64,000 nucleotides of DNA from a virus (taxonomy: Duplodnaviria; Caudoviricetes): the IMG/VR virus record IMGVR_UViG_3300031953_000001. One strand, given 5' to 3'. Position 1 is the stretch's first letter, and every line of letters starts with the position of its first letter. The translations under genes were made by a program, and so were the position numbers. Of this stretch, positions 45,546-53,467 are shown piece after piece. The notes beneath the pieces were generated by a model. That model was given only the letters and a program-made list of their open reading frames with translations, was not told where the DNA came from and made no database searches.

Positions 45546-45899
45546 ATGATTGATTCTGAGTTTCAAAACTACAGCTTAAGAGTGGATTTGCAAGTGCTGC
45601 TCCGATATGAGGCCCTAGGCGCTTCAGTGGCGCAAGTCGTTCGTAGGTTAACTTACACCCACGCTTACCCCACGGTGGTGCACGTACACTTTGACGAGCC
45701 GGTGGAGCGTACTGGAACAACCCCGCCGGAATCCGCAGTGTATGACATGCCGGTAATCATGGGGGTGTTCGATAAACCTCGATCGCGCAACGTTTTGTTC
45801 AATGTAAAGTTAGCAGAGACACACATCACCGATTGTTTCAATCAACCGTTACGTCGATTGGACATCCACTACAACGAAGTCGATCAACCCACACATTAG
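45546..45899 (+). CDS. hypothetical protein
   Basis: ATG at 45546 after a hairpin. Confidence 0.55.
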   Translation: MIDSEFQNYSLRVDLQVLLRYEALGASVAQVVRRLTYTHAYPTVVHVHFDEPVERTGTTPPESAVYDMPVIMGVFDKPRSRNVLFNVKLAETHITDCFNQPLRRLDIHYNEVDQPTH

Positions 45900-45911
45900 G
45901 AGAACACCGAT

Positions 45912-46025
45912 ATGAGCGATCAAGTACAATGCGGTTCATGCTGCGAAGTCAAAGACAAAAAAGAAGTTCAAGACAACGGCCACCGGTGTCCTGAATGTGG
46001 CGGTAAAGAGTTTCGTCCAACTTAA
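45912..46025 (+). CDS. 37-aa zinc-ribbon microprotein (below the track cutoff)
   Basis: AGGAG SD; MSDQVQCGSC...HRCPECGGKEF, two CxxC pairs. Confidence 0.65.
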   Translation: MSDQVQCGSCCEVKDKKEVQDNGHRCPECGGKEFRPT

Positions 46026-46035
46026 GGAATCGCAC

Positions 46036-46449
46036 ATGTCCGACCGTATCTTAGATTACAACTACGCTCGCAACCACTCGGCTAAAACGGAGCTGGAGTA
46101 TGTGCTCACTCACCCTCCCGCAAAGACGTCGTCAAAAGACATCATCGTCGAAACCCACGTCATGGGTCTGGATGGGAAGACTTACATTAAGTACGCCACG
46201 GTCAGTTTGAACGAACTGGCTAAACGTTCGTACCTTATACACTGGGGTTCTCAACACCCCTCGATCCTGTACACCGACGTGGCATATCTACCCAACGACA
46301 TCCGAGTGTATAAGAGTGTTCACAACACCTTACCCATCCACCGTCTGACGGCAATGGAACAGGCGATGATGAAGAGGAACTTTAAGATGTACTTGGCGCA
46401 GAGTCTTAGCCACTGGGGTAAAGTGGACACGGTTAAGTCTAAGGGTTAA
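46036..46449 (+). CDS. hypothetical protein
   Basis: AAGGA SD, ATG at 46036. Confidence 0.7.
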   Translation: MSDRILDYNYARNHSAKTELEYVLTHPPAKTSSKDIIVETHVMGLDGKTYIKYATVSLNELAKRSYLIHWGSQHPSILYTDVAYLPNDIRVYKSVHNTLPIHRLTAMEQAMMKRNFKMYLAQSLSHWGKVDTVKSKG

Positions 46450-46495
46450 CCTACCCTCACGAAATGGTGTTTATTTTGTCATTCCATTGAAATAC

Positions 46496-46513
46496 AAACC
46501 TATATCACACAGG
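46496..46513 (+). promoter_or_regulatory. putative early promoter AAACCTATATCACACAGG
   Basis: Exact copy of the 18-mer. Confidence 0.7.
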
Positions 46514-46570
46514 GGAGTATGCACCTACTTAACCGATGCTAATCTAACCTCTACGAATAAGGAATTTGAT

Positions 46571-47110
46571 ATGACCAAGTCTACTCTTGAAACCAACGTG
46601 TTTATGGAAATCGCCGAGGAACTGATTGCCTCCGACGTTCCTGTTCAGGACATGATCAATAAGACTGCACTATCGCCTGCGCAGTTTTATCGGGACTTCC
46701 GAGAATACTTCGATTGTACTCCTACCGAATACCGGGTAGCCGGACGGCAAGCGCAGCAAGCGCGTGAAGAGAAAGTCAAGACCGAAGAGGTGTTCAATTT
46801 CACCGTGAATATGCAGCAGGCGGGACTCTACCCCCAAGGCATGGCTCACACCGGACATGGTCCAATGAATGCTGAGTTCGTTATACCTTTGGTGGTGAAC
46901 GGCCAGTATGGGTTTACCGCGTACGTTGTCCCCATCTCAGGAAGTTGCCCCACCCGCGACCCAGTCAATTTTCTCCGCAGTGAATACAGAGACTACTTCA
47001 ACGCCCAGGTGGTAGATACTCTTATACCCTATTTCCATGGGCAGCTCGACATTGCGTATCTTCAGACCCTTAGTTTAGCTCAAACCGCACGCCGAGGCGC
47101 AGCTTGGTAG
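46571..47110 (+). CDS. protein with an N-terminal AraC-type HTH
   Basis: AAGGA SD; LSPAQFYRDFREYFDCTPTEYR matches the first AraC HTH (S..yF.R.FK...G.TP.EY). Confidence 0.6.
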   Translation: MTKSTLETNVFMEIAEELIASDVPVQDMINKTALSPAQFYRDFREYFDCTPTEYRVAGRQAQQAREEKVKTEEVFNFTVNMQQAGLYPQGMAHTGHGPMNAEFVIPLVVNGQYGFTAYVVPISGSCPTRDPVNFLRSEYRDYFNAQVVDTLIPYFHGQLDIAYLQTLSLAQTARRGAAW

Positions 47111-47159
47111 TAAGAAAACAATCTACACAAACACCCCACAACCTTTAGGAGAAGTCCCC

Positions 47160-47303
47160 ATGAATGTCCTCATGTACACCGTCTTGATTGTAGTTATCTT
47201 CACAACCGTCGATTACGCTATTGTTAAATGGAACGACAAACGCAAAAGGCGCGCAGAGATCAAAGCGTCATTTGCAAACAGAAAACCCACAATCATTTAT
47301 TAA
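47160..47303 (+). CDS. 47-aa single-pass membrane microprotein (below the track cutoff)
   Basis: AGGAG SD; MNVLMYTVLIVVIFTTVDYAIV then a basic tail. Confidence 0.6.
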   Translation: MNVLMYTVLIVVIFTTVDYAIVKWNDKRKRRAEIKASFANRKPTIIY

Positions 47304-47334
47304 CCCCCCCCCCCTAAGTAACAAGGACACCAGC

Positions 47335-47754
47335 ATGTATCAAGTTTATGGATTTGCCATCTCGTCGTACATCGATAAGAACGGCCTACCCCACGTCCCT
47401 ATGATTGTGGTCGATCCTGATCTGGGGGTTATACTGCAAAAAGCCGTAGCTCCATTAACCGAGTTACTCGAACAAATTACTGGAAATGAGACCTCTGAGA
47501 CAATCGTCGCCGGCACCCTTGTGCGCTACTTGCATGAGATAGACTCTGAGTCGGTGGTGAAGTTGCTTGAGTTACTGTACCTTGGCGATTTGGACGAGCA
47601 ATACGACCAGGCCCCCCAGGTATATCTGGCCATCGACACCGACGAAGACGATCTGGAAGATAAGCTGATTGCCTTGGTGGGCGACGTTGAAGACGACGAC
47701 GAACTCGATGAAGACTACCTCGACGAACTCGAAGAGCTTGAAGACGAGAACTGA
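47335..47754 (+). CDS. acidic hypothetical protein
   Basis: AAGGA SD; D/E-rich C-terminus. Confidence 0.7.
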   Translation: MYQVYGFAISSYIDKNGLPHVPMIVVDPDLGVILQKAVAPLTELLEQITGNETSETIVAGTLVRYLHEIDSESVVKLLELLYLGDLDEQYDQAPQVYLAIDTDEDDLEDKLIALVGDVEDDDELDEDYLDELEELEDEN

Positions 47755-47836
47755 TTAACTGAGGTCGGGGTAAATCCCCGGCCCTATTCCGCAAGATCCT
47801 TCTATTTTCTAAAAACTTCACATAGAGAACACTAAA

Positions 47837-48535
47837 ATGAACAACACTAACGATCGCGTATACAGCCAAAAACCCCGCCGTTCGATTCTCAGCGGCGGGT
47901 CAACACCCGAAGAGACAACCGACACCACTGGAACCCACCTGAAGCGTCACACTGGAAACTTGCACGCCGCTTCTTTGTTGGCCTCGTCTGGGGTTGATCG
48001 ATCTGCCGTCTTACCCGCCTTGTTCGTAGGGGGCACTTTGGTGGTGGTGTCTAAGGACATCCACGAAGACGATGAGATCAACGAGCTCCGCCCGGAGTGG
48101 TTTTGGTCCGAACGCGAGCAATGCAGCGACTACACCCGAGTGTCGATCTCATACGCCATGGCGGTTGCGTGTCAGGACGACCTGATCTCAACGGCTAATG
48201 CATTTATCGGCGTTCGTGTCTATACCGCCGTGGTGGATGATGTGACGTACCGTTTGCCTATCTCATACACCGACGATCTGGTGCTGTTGTGTTTACTGGA
48301 CCCCAGTGTGTGGTCGAAGCCTGAGTTGATGTACCCGTCGTGGATTGAGGCTTGGGTAACCACCCACAGCTCCACCGATCGGGTTCTTACCGAAGGGGTG
48401 AGGGCAGCGTTGCTGCTGCAAGCGGATGCGCTGCGCCAAAGAGTCGATGTCGCCACTGACGTGAAATCATCAGACGCATCTACGCCCCGCGCCCCAAAGA
48501 AACCCCGAGCTAAACCCATCGTACGTAAGTCGTGA
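47837..48535 (+). CDS. hypothetical protein
   Basis: 232-aa ORF in a co-directional run. Confidence 0.7.
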   Translation: MNNTNDRVYSQKPRRSILSGGSTPEETTDTTGTHLKRHTGNLHAASLLASSGVDRSAVLPALFVGGTLVVVSKDIHEDDEINELRPEWFWSEREQCSDYTRVSISYAMAVACQDDLISTANAFIGVRVYTAVVDDVTYRLPISYTDDLVLLCLLDPSVWSKPELMYPSWIEAWVTTHSSTDRVLTEGVRAALLLQADALRQRVDVATDVKSSDASTPRAPKKPRAKPIVRKS

Positions 48536-48685
48536 CTTAAAGCGGGTCTGTTATTTTGTACAGGCCCGCTACATCTATCGACCCTAACCGGGCTTGGACG
48601 TGAGTCCACAGTGGGACTTCCGCGCCCACTGCAGATATGCCGTTTATTCTTTTTTTGACATCACAGCCTCTATGGAGACACAGTT

Positions 48686-49183
48686 ATGACTATTTCAACC
48701 GACGAAGCCAAAGCGTTAGTAACCACCCAGTTGTACACCACCCAGTTGGAGTGTGAGACGTCGATCCTCTTGGAATACACTGACATCCTGGACCGAGTAA
48801 TTGAAGCCTTAGCCCTCAAAGACCCTCGGTACGTGTACCGCCACGGCGAGGCGGTGTTCGTTGATGAGGCCATCGTGGAAGGGTATCTTCAGATCGAGTT
48901 GATTGACTTTAACCTCGACGACGAATCCCATCCAGAACACCACTGGATAGTGGATGGCGATGAGTTGGACACCACCAAATGGCGACTCGACGACATCACC
49001 CTGGGGTTTAAACTGTCGGGCGTCGAGGTCAACCCCCTGCCCGCGTACATTGAGGTAGAGCAGGTGGACTATGTCACTGACACCGATCAGCCTGACCGTG
49101 AGGATTTCAAATTCAAACGCACGTATCTGGTGAACATTCGTTTGTTAGAGCGTCCCGCGTTTATTCGCCCCGCAGCGGAGTGA
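48686..49183 (+). CDS. hypothetical protein
   Basis: GGAG SD. Confidence 0.7.
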   Translation: MTISTDEAKALVTTQLYTTQLECETSILLEYTDILDRVIEALALKDPRYVYRHGEAVFVDEAIVEGYLQIELIDFNLDDESHPEHHWIVDGDELDTTKWRLDDITLGFKLSGVEVNPLPAYIEVEQVDYVTDTDQPDREDFKFKRTYLVNIRLLERPAFIRPAAE

Positions 49184-49190
49184 TCTCTTT

Positions 49191-49649
49191 ATGATGAATC
49201 CCGAGTACGCCAACGCCATTGTAGACAACATGGCCGTCACCATGATCCGGTTGTACGGCATCGTGTTGTCCGAATACCCCAACGCCCTCAAGCAAGCCGT
49301 AGAGACCTTAGCGCATGAAGACGTGCGTTACGTACAACACGGCAACCGTAAGATCTGGATTGGCCATGCGGCTATTGCAACCGAGTTGCAAATAGACGTG
49401 ATGGAGTTTGACGTGGCCCAGGAAGTGGAGCCTGAGCAACCAGTACGCCCTAACGGCACGCACCTAGGGCAACGCCGGTTTGAGGTAAAGAACGTGCCCC
49501 TTACGGTGCAAGATGCGCGCAAGCAAGTCGCGTGTACGGTCGTGGTGATCATTGACGACTACCTCCCGCCTTCTGAGGCTGTCTTGGAAGACACCGCTGA
49601 CTTAAAATACGAACGCTCGATTCAAGTGGCGTTCTACATCAATTCGTGA
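49191..49649 (+). CDS. hypothetical protein
   Basis: GGAG SD. Confidence 0.7.
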   Translation: MMNPEYANAIVDNMAVTMIRLYGIVLSEYPNALKQAVETLAHEDVRYVQHGNRKIWIGHAAIATELQIDVMEFDVAQEVEPEQPVRPNGTHLGQRRFEVKNVPLTVQDARKQVACTVVVIIDDYLPPSEAVLEDTADLKYERSIQVAFYINS

Positions 49650-49659
49650 GGATATCTAG

Positions 49660-49968
49660 ATGCACGATCAAAACGGCGACCGGAATGACGTGAGAAAAGG
49701 GGTAACCGAGCCGCGTCTCTCGGAGGCGTTTGTTAAAGACTTGGTTAAGCGACACAATTGCCCAATCACCACCCGGGCCGTCAACGCCCTAACCGCAGGG
49801 GGAGTTGACACCGAGGAGAAGTTACTTAAGCTTACTGAGTACGACTTACGCAGAGCGCCTAATGTGGGTCCCCACACAGCGCAAAGCATCGTGGAACTTC
49901 AACGTCGAGTGACCGGTGATGTTAACTTAAGAAACCACCTGCTTCAGGGATTAAACGACAAAAATTGA
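49660..49968 (+). CDS. stand-alone RNA polymerase alpha-CTD-like protein
   Basis: ITTRAVNALTAGGVDTEEKLLKLTEYDLRRAPNVGPHTAQSI parallels alpha-CTD LSVRSANCL...I..IGDL...TE.ELLKTPNLG.KS..EI. Confidence 0.7.
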   Translation: MHDQNGDRNDVRKGVTEPRLSEAFVKDLVKRHNCPITTRAVNALTAGGVDTEEKLLKLTEYDLRRAPNVGPHTAQSIVELQRRVTGDVNLRNHLLQGLNDKN

Positions 49969-49978
49969 GGAAAGAATC

Positions 49979-51232
49979 ATGGACCTGAAAACACACGCTT
50001 TTTTCGTTGAAGTCGCCGCTGGTGCCACTATGTATCGTCGTCCTCTGGTTATTAACGATGGCGTGGTAACCATCGCCGAAGAGCATGGTGGCGCCGTCGA
50101 AGTCCCCGAGGCAAAGAACGGGAAGCGGATGGTAATGCATTTGGTCGCCGAACGATCTACACCAGACGGGCAGAGGTACATTCAGGTATTAACCGGTTAC
50201 ACCGATCGCGGTGTTGAAAAATCGCACGTCCTGGACCCAGAAACAAAGATTTACTTCAACCGGTTGGTGTCTGCCAGCGGAATAGGTCAAGCGCTGAGCG
50301 CGCGTTGGACCGGGCAGATATTCACACCTAATTCTCCTATGGGCTCTGGAATGCCAATGCGAAGATTGGCCCCAGAAGACATCGTAGGAGAATTGGCATT
50401 TCAAAGAGAGTTCCACTTCGAAAGTGGGATTGAGGATGCGAGATCGTACATTTACGGACTTAAACTGACCGACGCTGCCTTTCTAGAACCGACGACGTAT
50501 CTGTCCAAAATACAGGAGACATACACCCGCACACTGTCTGAGTGGGAGGAGAGCTCTCTATTTGATGACAACGATGACCGGCCCCTCGACGTGTGTTTGA
50601 ATCGACTGAAGTCTATGCCAATGGCTTGCAGTCCGATCTTGGCGAGAATACGGATGATGAATGACCATCTACTCAACAACTACATCACGTACGAGCAATT
50701 TAATCAATTAGTTGACGACAAAGACGTGGTGGTGGTTTTGCAGTCCGATACCGAGAAAAACAATCCTGCACCATCACATGACTGGAACAACAACGACCTG
50801 GAAACATTGGTCTGCGCCCGGCTGGAAGCAGAGCTGCCGACGGTGATGATTAACCGGGGAGTCGTCCAATGGGGGTTTAGCATTGTGTTTGATGGAGTAG
50901 GCTCTAGCGTCAAGTTCTACGCTTTAGATACGGAATTGACAACGGAACACCCACCCACCCTGATATCCGAACTCGAACGGCGAGTGATCGACATACTGAC
51001 ACCGTATATGGATGAGTTGAGTACCCTCGAGGTTACCGGCGCCAATATCCATAACAGTCGATATGTCATCACGTCAAATACGGGGAAACCTCGCACCTAC
51101 ATCGCACCTACGTATATGAATTCCATGTACAGTAGCTACTTGTCATCAGACTCAAAACACTTTGTGAAACTCGCCAAGACGGTGGAGGACTCCTTGGTGA
51201 ATCTTGGATTGGATGTCGTCACTAAGCACTGA
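49979..51232 (+). CDS. divergent homolog of the phage-nucleus import factor PicA/Imp1 (phiKZ gp69)
   Basis: Collinear motifs matching my recollection of gp69-family proteins: YRRP, GYTD.G....LDP....YFN, PEDI, W...D....A.....P.VM, E.ERR...IL and APT..S.... Confidence 0.6.
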   Translation: MDLKTHAFFVEVAAGATMYRRPLVINDGVVTIAEEHGGAVEVPEAKNGKRMVMHLVAERSTPDGQRYIQVLTGYTDRGVEKSHVLDPETKIYFNRLVSASGIGQALSARWTGQIFTPNSPMGSGMPMRRLAPEDIVGELAFQREFHFESGIEDARSYIYGLKLTDAAFLEPTTYLSKIQETYTRTLSEWEESSLFDDNDDRPLDVCLNRLKSMPMACSPILARIRMMNDHLLNNYITYEQFNQLVDDKDVVVVLQSDTEKNNPAPSHDWNNNDLETLVCARLEAELPTVMINRGVVQWGFSIVFDGVGSSVKFYALDTELTTEHPPTLISELERRVIDILTPYMDELSTLEVTGANIHNSRYVITSNTGKPRTYIAPTYMNSMYSSYLSSDSKHFVKLAKTVEDSLVNLGLDVVTKH

Positions 51233-51297
51233 CGCATACAGTCAACCGTCCAAATCCAAGATATCCTTTTAATAGTCAGGTGTAAGTCCATTGCAAA

Positions 51298-51333
51298 ATA
51301 AGAGGAGGGCGCTTGCCCTCCTCTTATTTTTTG
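51298..51333. terminator. bidirectional terminator between convergent operons
   Basis: AATAAGAGGAGGGC-GCTT-GCCCTCCTCTTATT, with A-run before and T-run after. Confidence 0.85.
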
Positions 51334-51334
51334 T

Positions 51335-51565
51335 CTAAAGGGTAGGATCGATGCGCACGTCGTACGCGGCACCGCGTTTGAGAGGCACCGCCTCACCCGA
51401 GTAAACCACCCCACACCACAAAGGTCCAGAGAAATAAAGAATACTGGGTACCGACTTAGGGTCCATGTTCGCTAACCCACACAGGGCCGCGTACGCCATC
51501 TCTCGACGGTTGTCAACCACGACGTCTGTGCCGTTCACGGTAATAGCAACGGTATTTTTTGTCAC
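51335..51565 (-). CDS. ubiquitin-like beta-grasp protein (multiubiquitin-domain-like)
   Basis: VAITVNG...MAY..L..LA...I.Y.SGP...G.V..GE.V.LK.G..YDV pattern; last gene after the endolysin. Confidence 0.55.
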   Translation of the reverse strand: MTKNTVAITVNGTDVVVDNRREMAYAALCGLANMDPKSVPSILYFSGPLWCGVVYSGEAVPLKRGAAYDVRIDPTL

Positions 51566-51568
51566 AAG

Positions 51569-52372
51569 TTAGACCGTCGTCTGACGCGCGTACGCTTCAG
51601 CCATTTTTTCATCGTACTTGTTCTTTTTGTAAGACGGTCCGTTGTAGATGCGTGCAAACGTTGCCCAGTCTTTTTGTTCTAACGCGCGGTGTAGCCGTGG
51701 GTCCGCGGCGATAAACCGTACAAAGGCATACAGTTGATGGGCTTCGTCGATGCACATCTTCGACATAAAGTCGTCCACTGAAGCGTAGTTGAGATACTTC
51801 CAGTGAAAACCCATGATCTGATATCGTCCGTACGATGCACTTTCTTTGGCAGCTGGGGTGTTCAACTCCATAGCTTTGCGCAGACGAGTCCATTCGTGCT
51901 TGCCCCCACGGTAACCGCCCCAACCGGTGTTGACCAAATCAGGACGTGCCGCTCGACCCAACTCCGCTGCCAGAGGTAACTTGGCCTCAAGCAGACGACG
52001 GTTCATGATGTGGCGCTCAAACAAGATTTTCGGCAGACCCGCTTCTAAGAAACCACCGCCTTGACTTTCCACCTCAGACACCGCCTTGATGGCCGCTACC
52101 TCTACACTCAACATTTCCGCAGCCCGCATCACGTCTTTCTCGGTCAACTGCCAATCGTCGACGCGGTTGTCGTTCAACTCTTCCCAGGTTCGCTTACCGG
52201 CTACGCCGTCGGCCAACAGTCCCGCTTTTGTTTGAAACGCCACTAAGGCCCGGTGGGTACCTGGCCCAAAGGCCCCGTCATCGGGTGGATTAAGGTGACC
52301 TTTATCGATCAACAGGCGCTGCAGCTGTGCCACTGCCTGGCCCCGAGAACCCAACTTTATCAATTTACTCAT
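51569..52372 (-). CDS. modular endolysin: PG-binding domain plus DUF3380-type muramidase
   Basis: LGSRG.AV.QLQ..L...DG.FG..T..A...FQ...GL.ADG.AG..TW, then AV.EVES, PKILFERH, SYG.YQIMGF and FAR.YNG..Y..N.YD.KM motifs. Confidence 0.92.
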   Translation of the reverse strand: MSKLIKLGSRGQAVAQLQRLLIDKGHLNPPDDGAFGPGTHRALVAFQTKAGLLADGVAGKRTWEELNDNRVDDWQLTEKDVMRAAEMLSVEVAAIKAVSEVESQGGGFLEAGLPKILFERHIMNRRLLEAKLPLAAELGRAARPDLVNTGWGGYRGGKHEWTRLRKAMELNTPAAKESASYGRYQIMGFHWKYLNYASVDDFMSKMCIDEAHQLYAFVRFIAADPRLHRALEQKDWATFARIYNGPSYKKNKYDEKMAEAYARQTTV

Positions 52373-52391
52373 GTTGTGCACCTTTTATTAA

Positions 52392-53429
52392 TTAATCGGC
52401 CGCTGTGCAACCCGTTGGAACCGTAATGAGCATATCAGTATCGCCAATGATGCTGGCGGTACTTACAATGTCCACGTCAGAGAGGACAGTTCCTTTTACT
52501 CGCGAGACGTCCAAGGTAATAACACCTGCCTGACTGCGCGCGTTGTTGCCAATCGACGTATTGATCGCGTTAATCGCACCGGCGGCGCTACTGATGACGC
52601 TGCCCTTAACCAATACCCCGTTCAAGGTAGTGACGCCACCACTGATGATGTCCTTACCAACCGTGCTGCCAGTGCCAATGTTGATCGCACCGCTGCCGGT
52701 GGAAACTGAGCCTCCCACAGTAACGTTGTTGGTCAGACCTACAACGCCCGCGCCGGTACTGACAACGCTACCACACAACCAACTTCGGTCGCCTATGGTG
52801 ATGCCGCCAGCGGTGGTGGCGATACCGCCGCCAAGGACGACGTCCGTTAATAAGGTAACCACCCCATCGGTGGATGACACCTCACCGTCCACCGTGCTTC
52901 TCACCCCTAAATTAATCCCGCCGGCTTGGGTGCTGACATCCCCCCCGACTCGACTTTTATACTCCAAGGTTATTACACCGGTAGAGGCACTGGTGCTGAT
53001 GTTCCCAGACAGTCTACTTTCACTGGCTAAATTAACGGTCCCCACCCCGACTACGTTGGCGTTCATTATTGAATTTGCACCCAACACAAACGCCGCGTTG
53101 GTAATCAACGTAAGGTCCTCGGACGGTTTTCCAGCGTTGATCAGATTGCCCGTCCCGGTGGTGAAGGTTCCGGAAAAGGTAATCGTAACCGGAGTCACAC
53201 CGCCCAGAGCGATGGTGTCGCCTGCAACCAACTCCAACGCACTGCATCCGTAGGAGCGCGCCCCGGCATCGATGAGACTACAGCCTATGGGTAGCGTGTC
53301 TCCATTGGAAGAAAACGTGTAATTAGTGGCGGCTTGAACAAGATTGCTTAACAGCAACCCTACCACCAGCAGCGTCTGACACAAGAGTTGTATCGGCGTA
53401 TACCGACGGTGGGGGCTTTGGTGTTTCAT
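52392..53429 (-). CDS. secreted beta-helix protein resembling the N-terminus of MshQ/DUF6701-type pilus-associated adhesins
   Basis: Sec signal ending VQA; ATNYTF...LP.GCS...Y.C.AL.L..GDTI; repeated G.V.T..G.I.L/IG units. Confidence 0.55.
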   Translation of the reverse strand: MKHQSPHRRYTPIQLLCQTLLVVGLLLSNLVQAATNYTFSSNGDTLPIGCSLIDAGARSYGCSALELVAGDTIALGGVTPVTITFSGTFTTGTGNLINAGKPSEDLTLITNAAFVLGANSIMNANVVGVGTVNLASESRLSGNISTSASTGVITLEYKSRVGGDVSTQAGGINLGVRSTVDGEVSSTDGVVTLLTDVVLGGGIATTAGGITIGDRSWLCGSVVSTGAGVVGLTNNVTVGGSVSTGSGAINIGTGSTVGKDIISGGVTTLNGVLVKGSVISSAAGAINAINTSIGNNARSQAGVITLDVSRVKGTVLSDVDIVSTASIIGDTDMLITVPTGCTAAD

Positions 53430-53467
53430 TGTGGTGTTTCCTGGTGATGGGTTAATAGCTTAGTGCA

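Noticed and set aside
49979-51232. Initial idea that this ORF is the nvRNAP sigma-like subunit (phiKZ gp68)
   Set aside because: The motifs do not match my recollection of gp68; they fit the neighbouring gp69/PicA family instead.
52543-53253. 236-aa plus-strand ORF opposite the MshQ-like gene
   Set aside because: Pro/Thr/Val-rich mirror of Gly/Val/Thr repeat codons on the coding strand.
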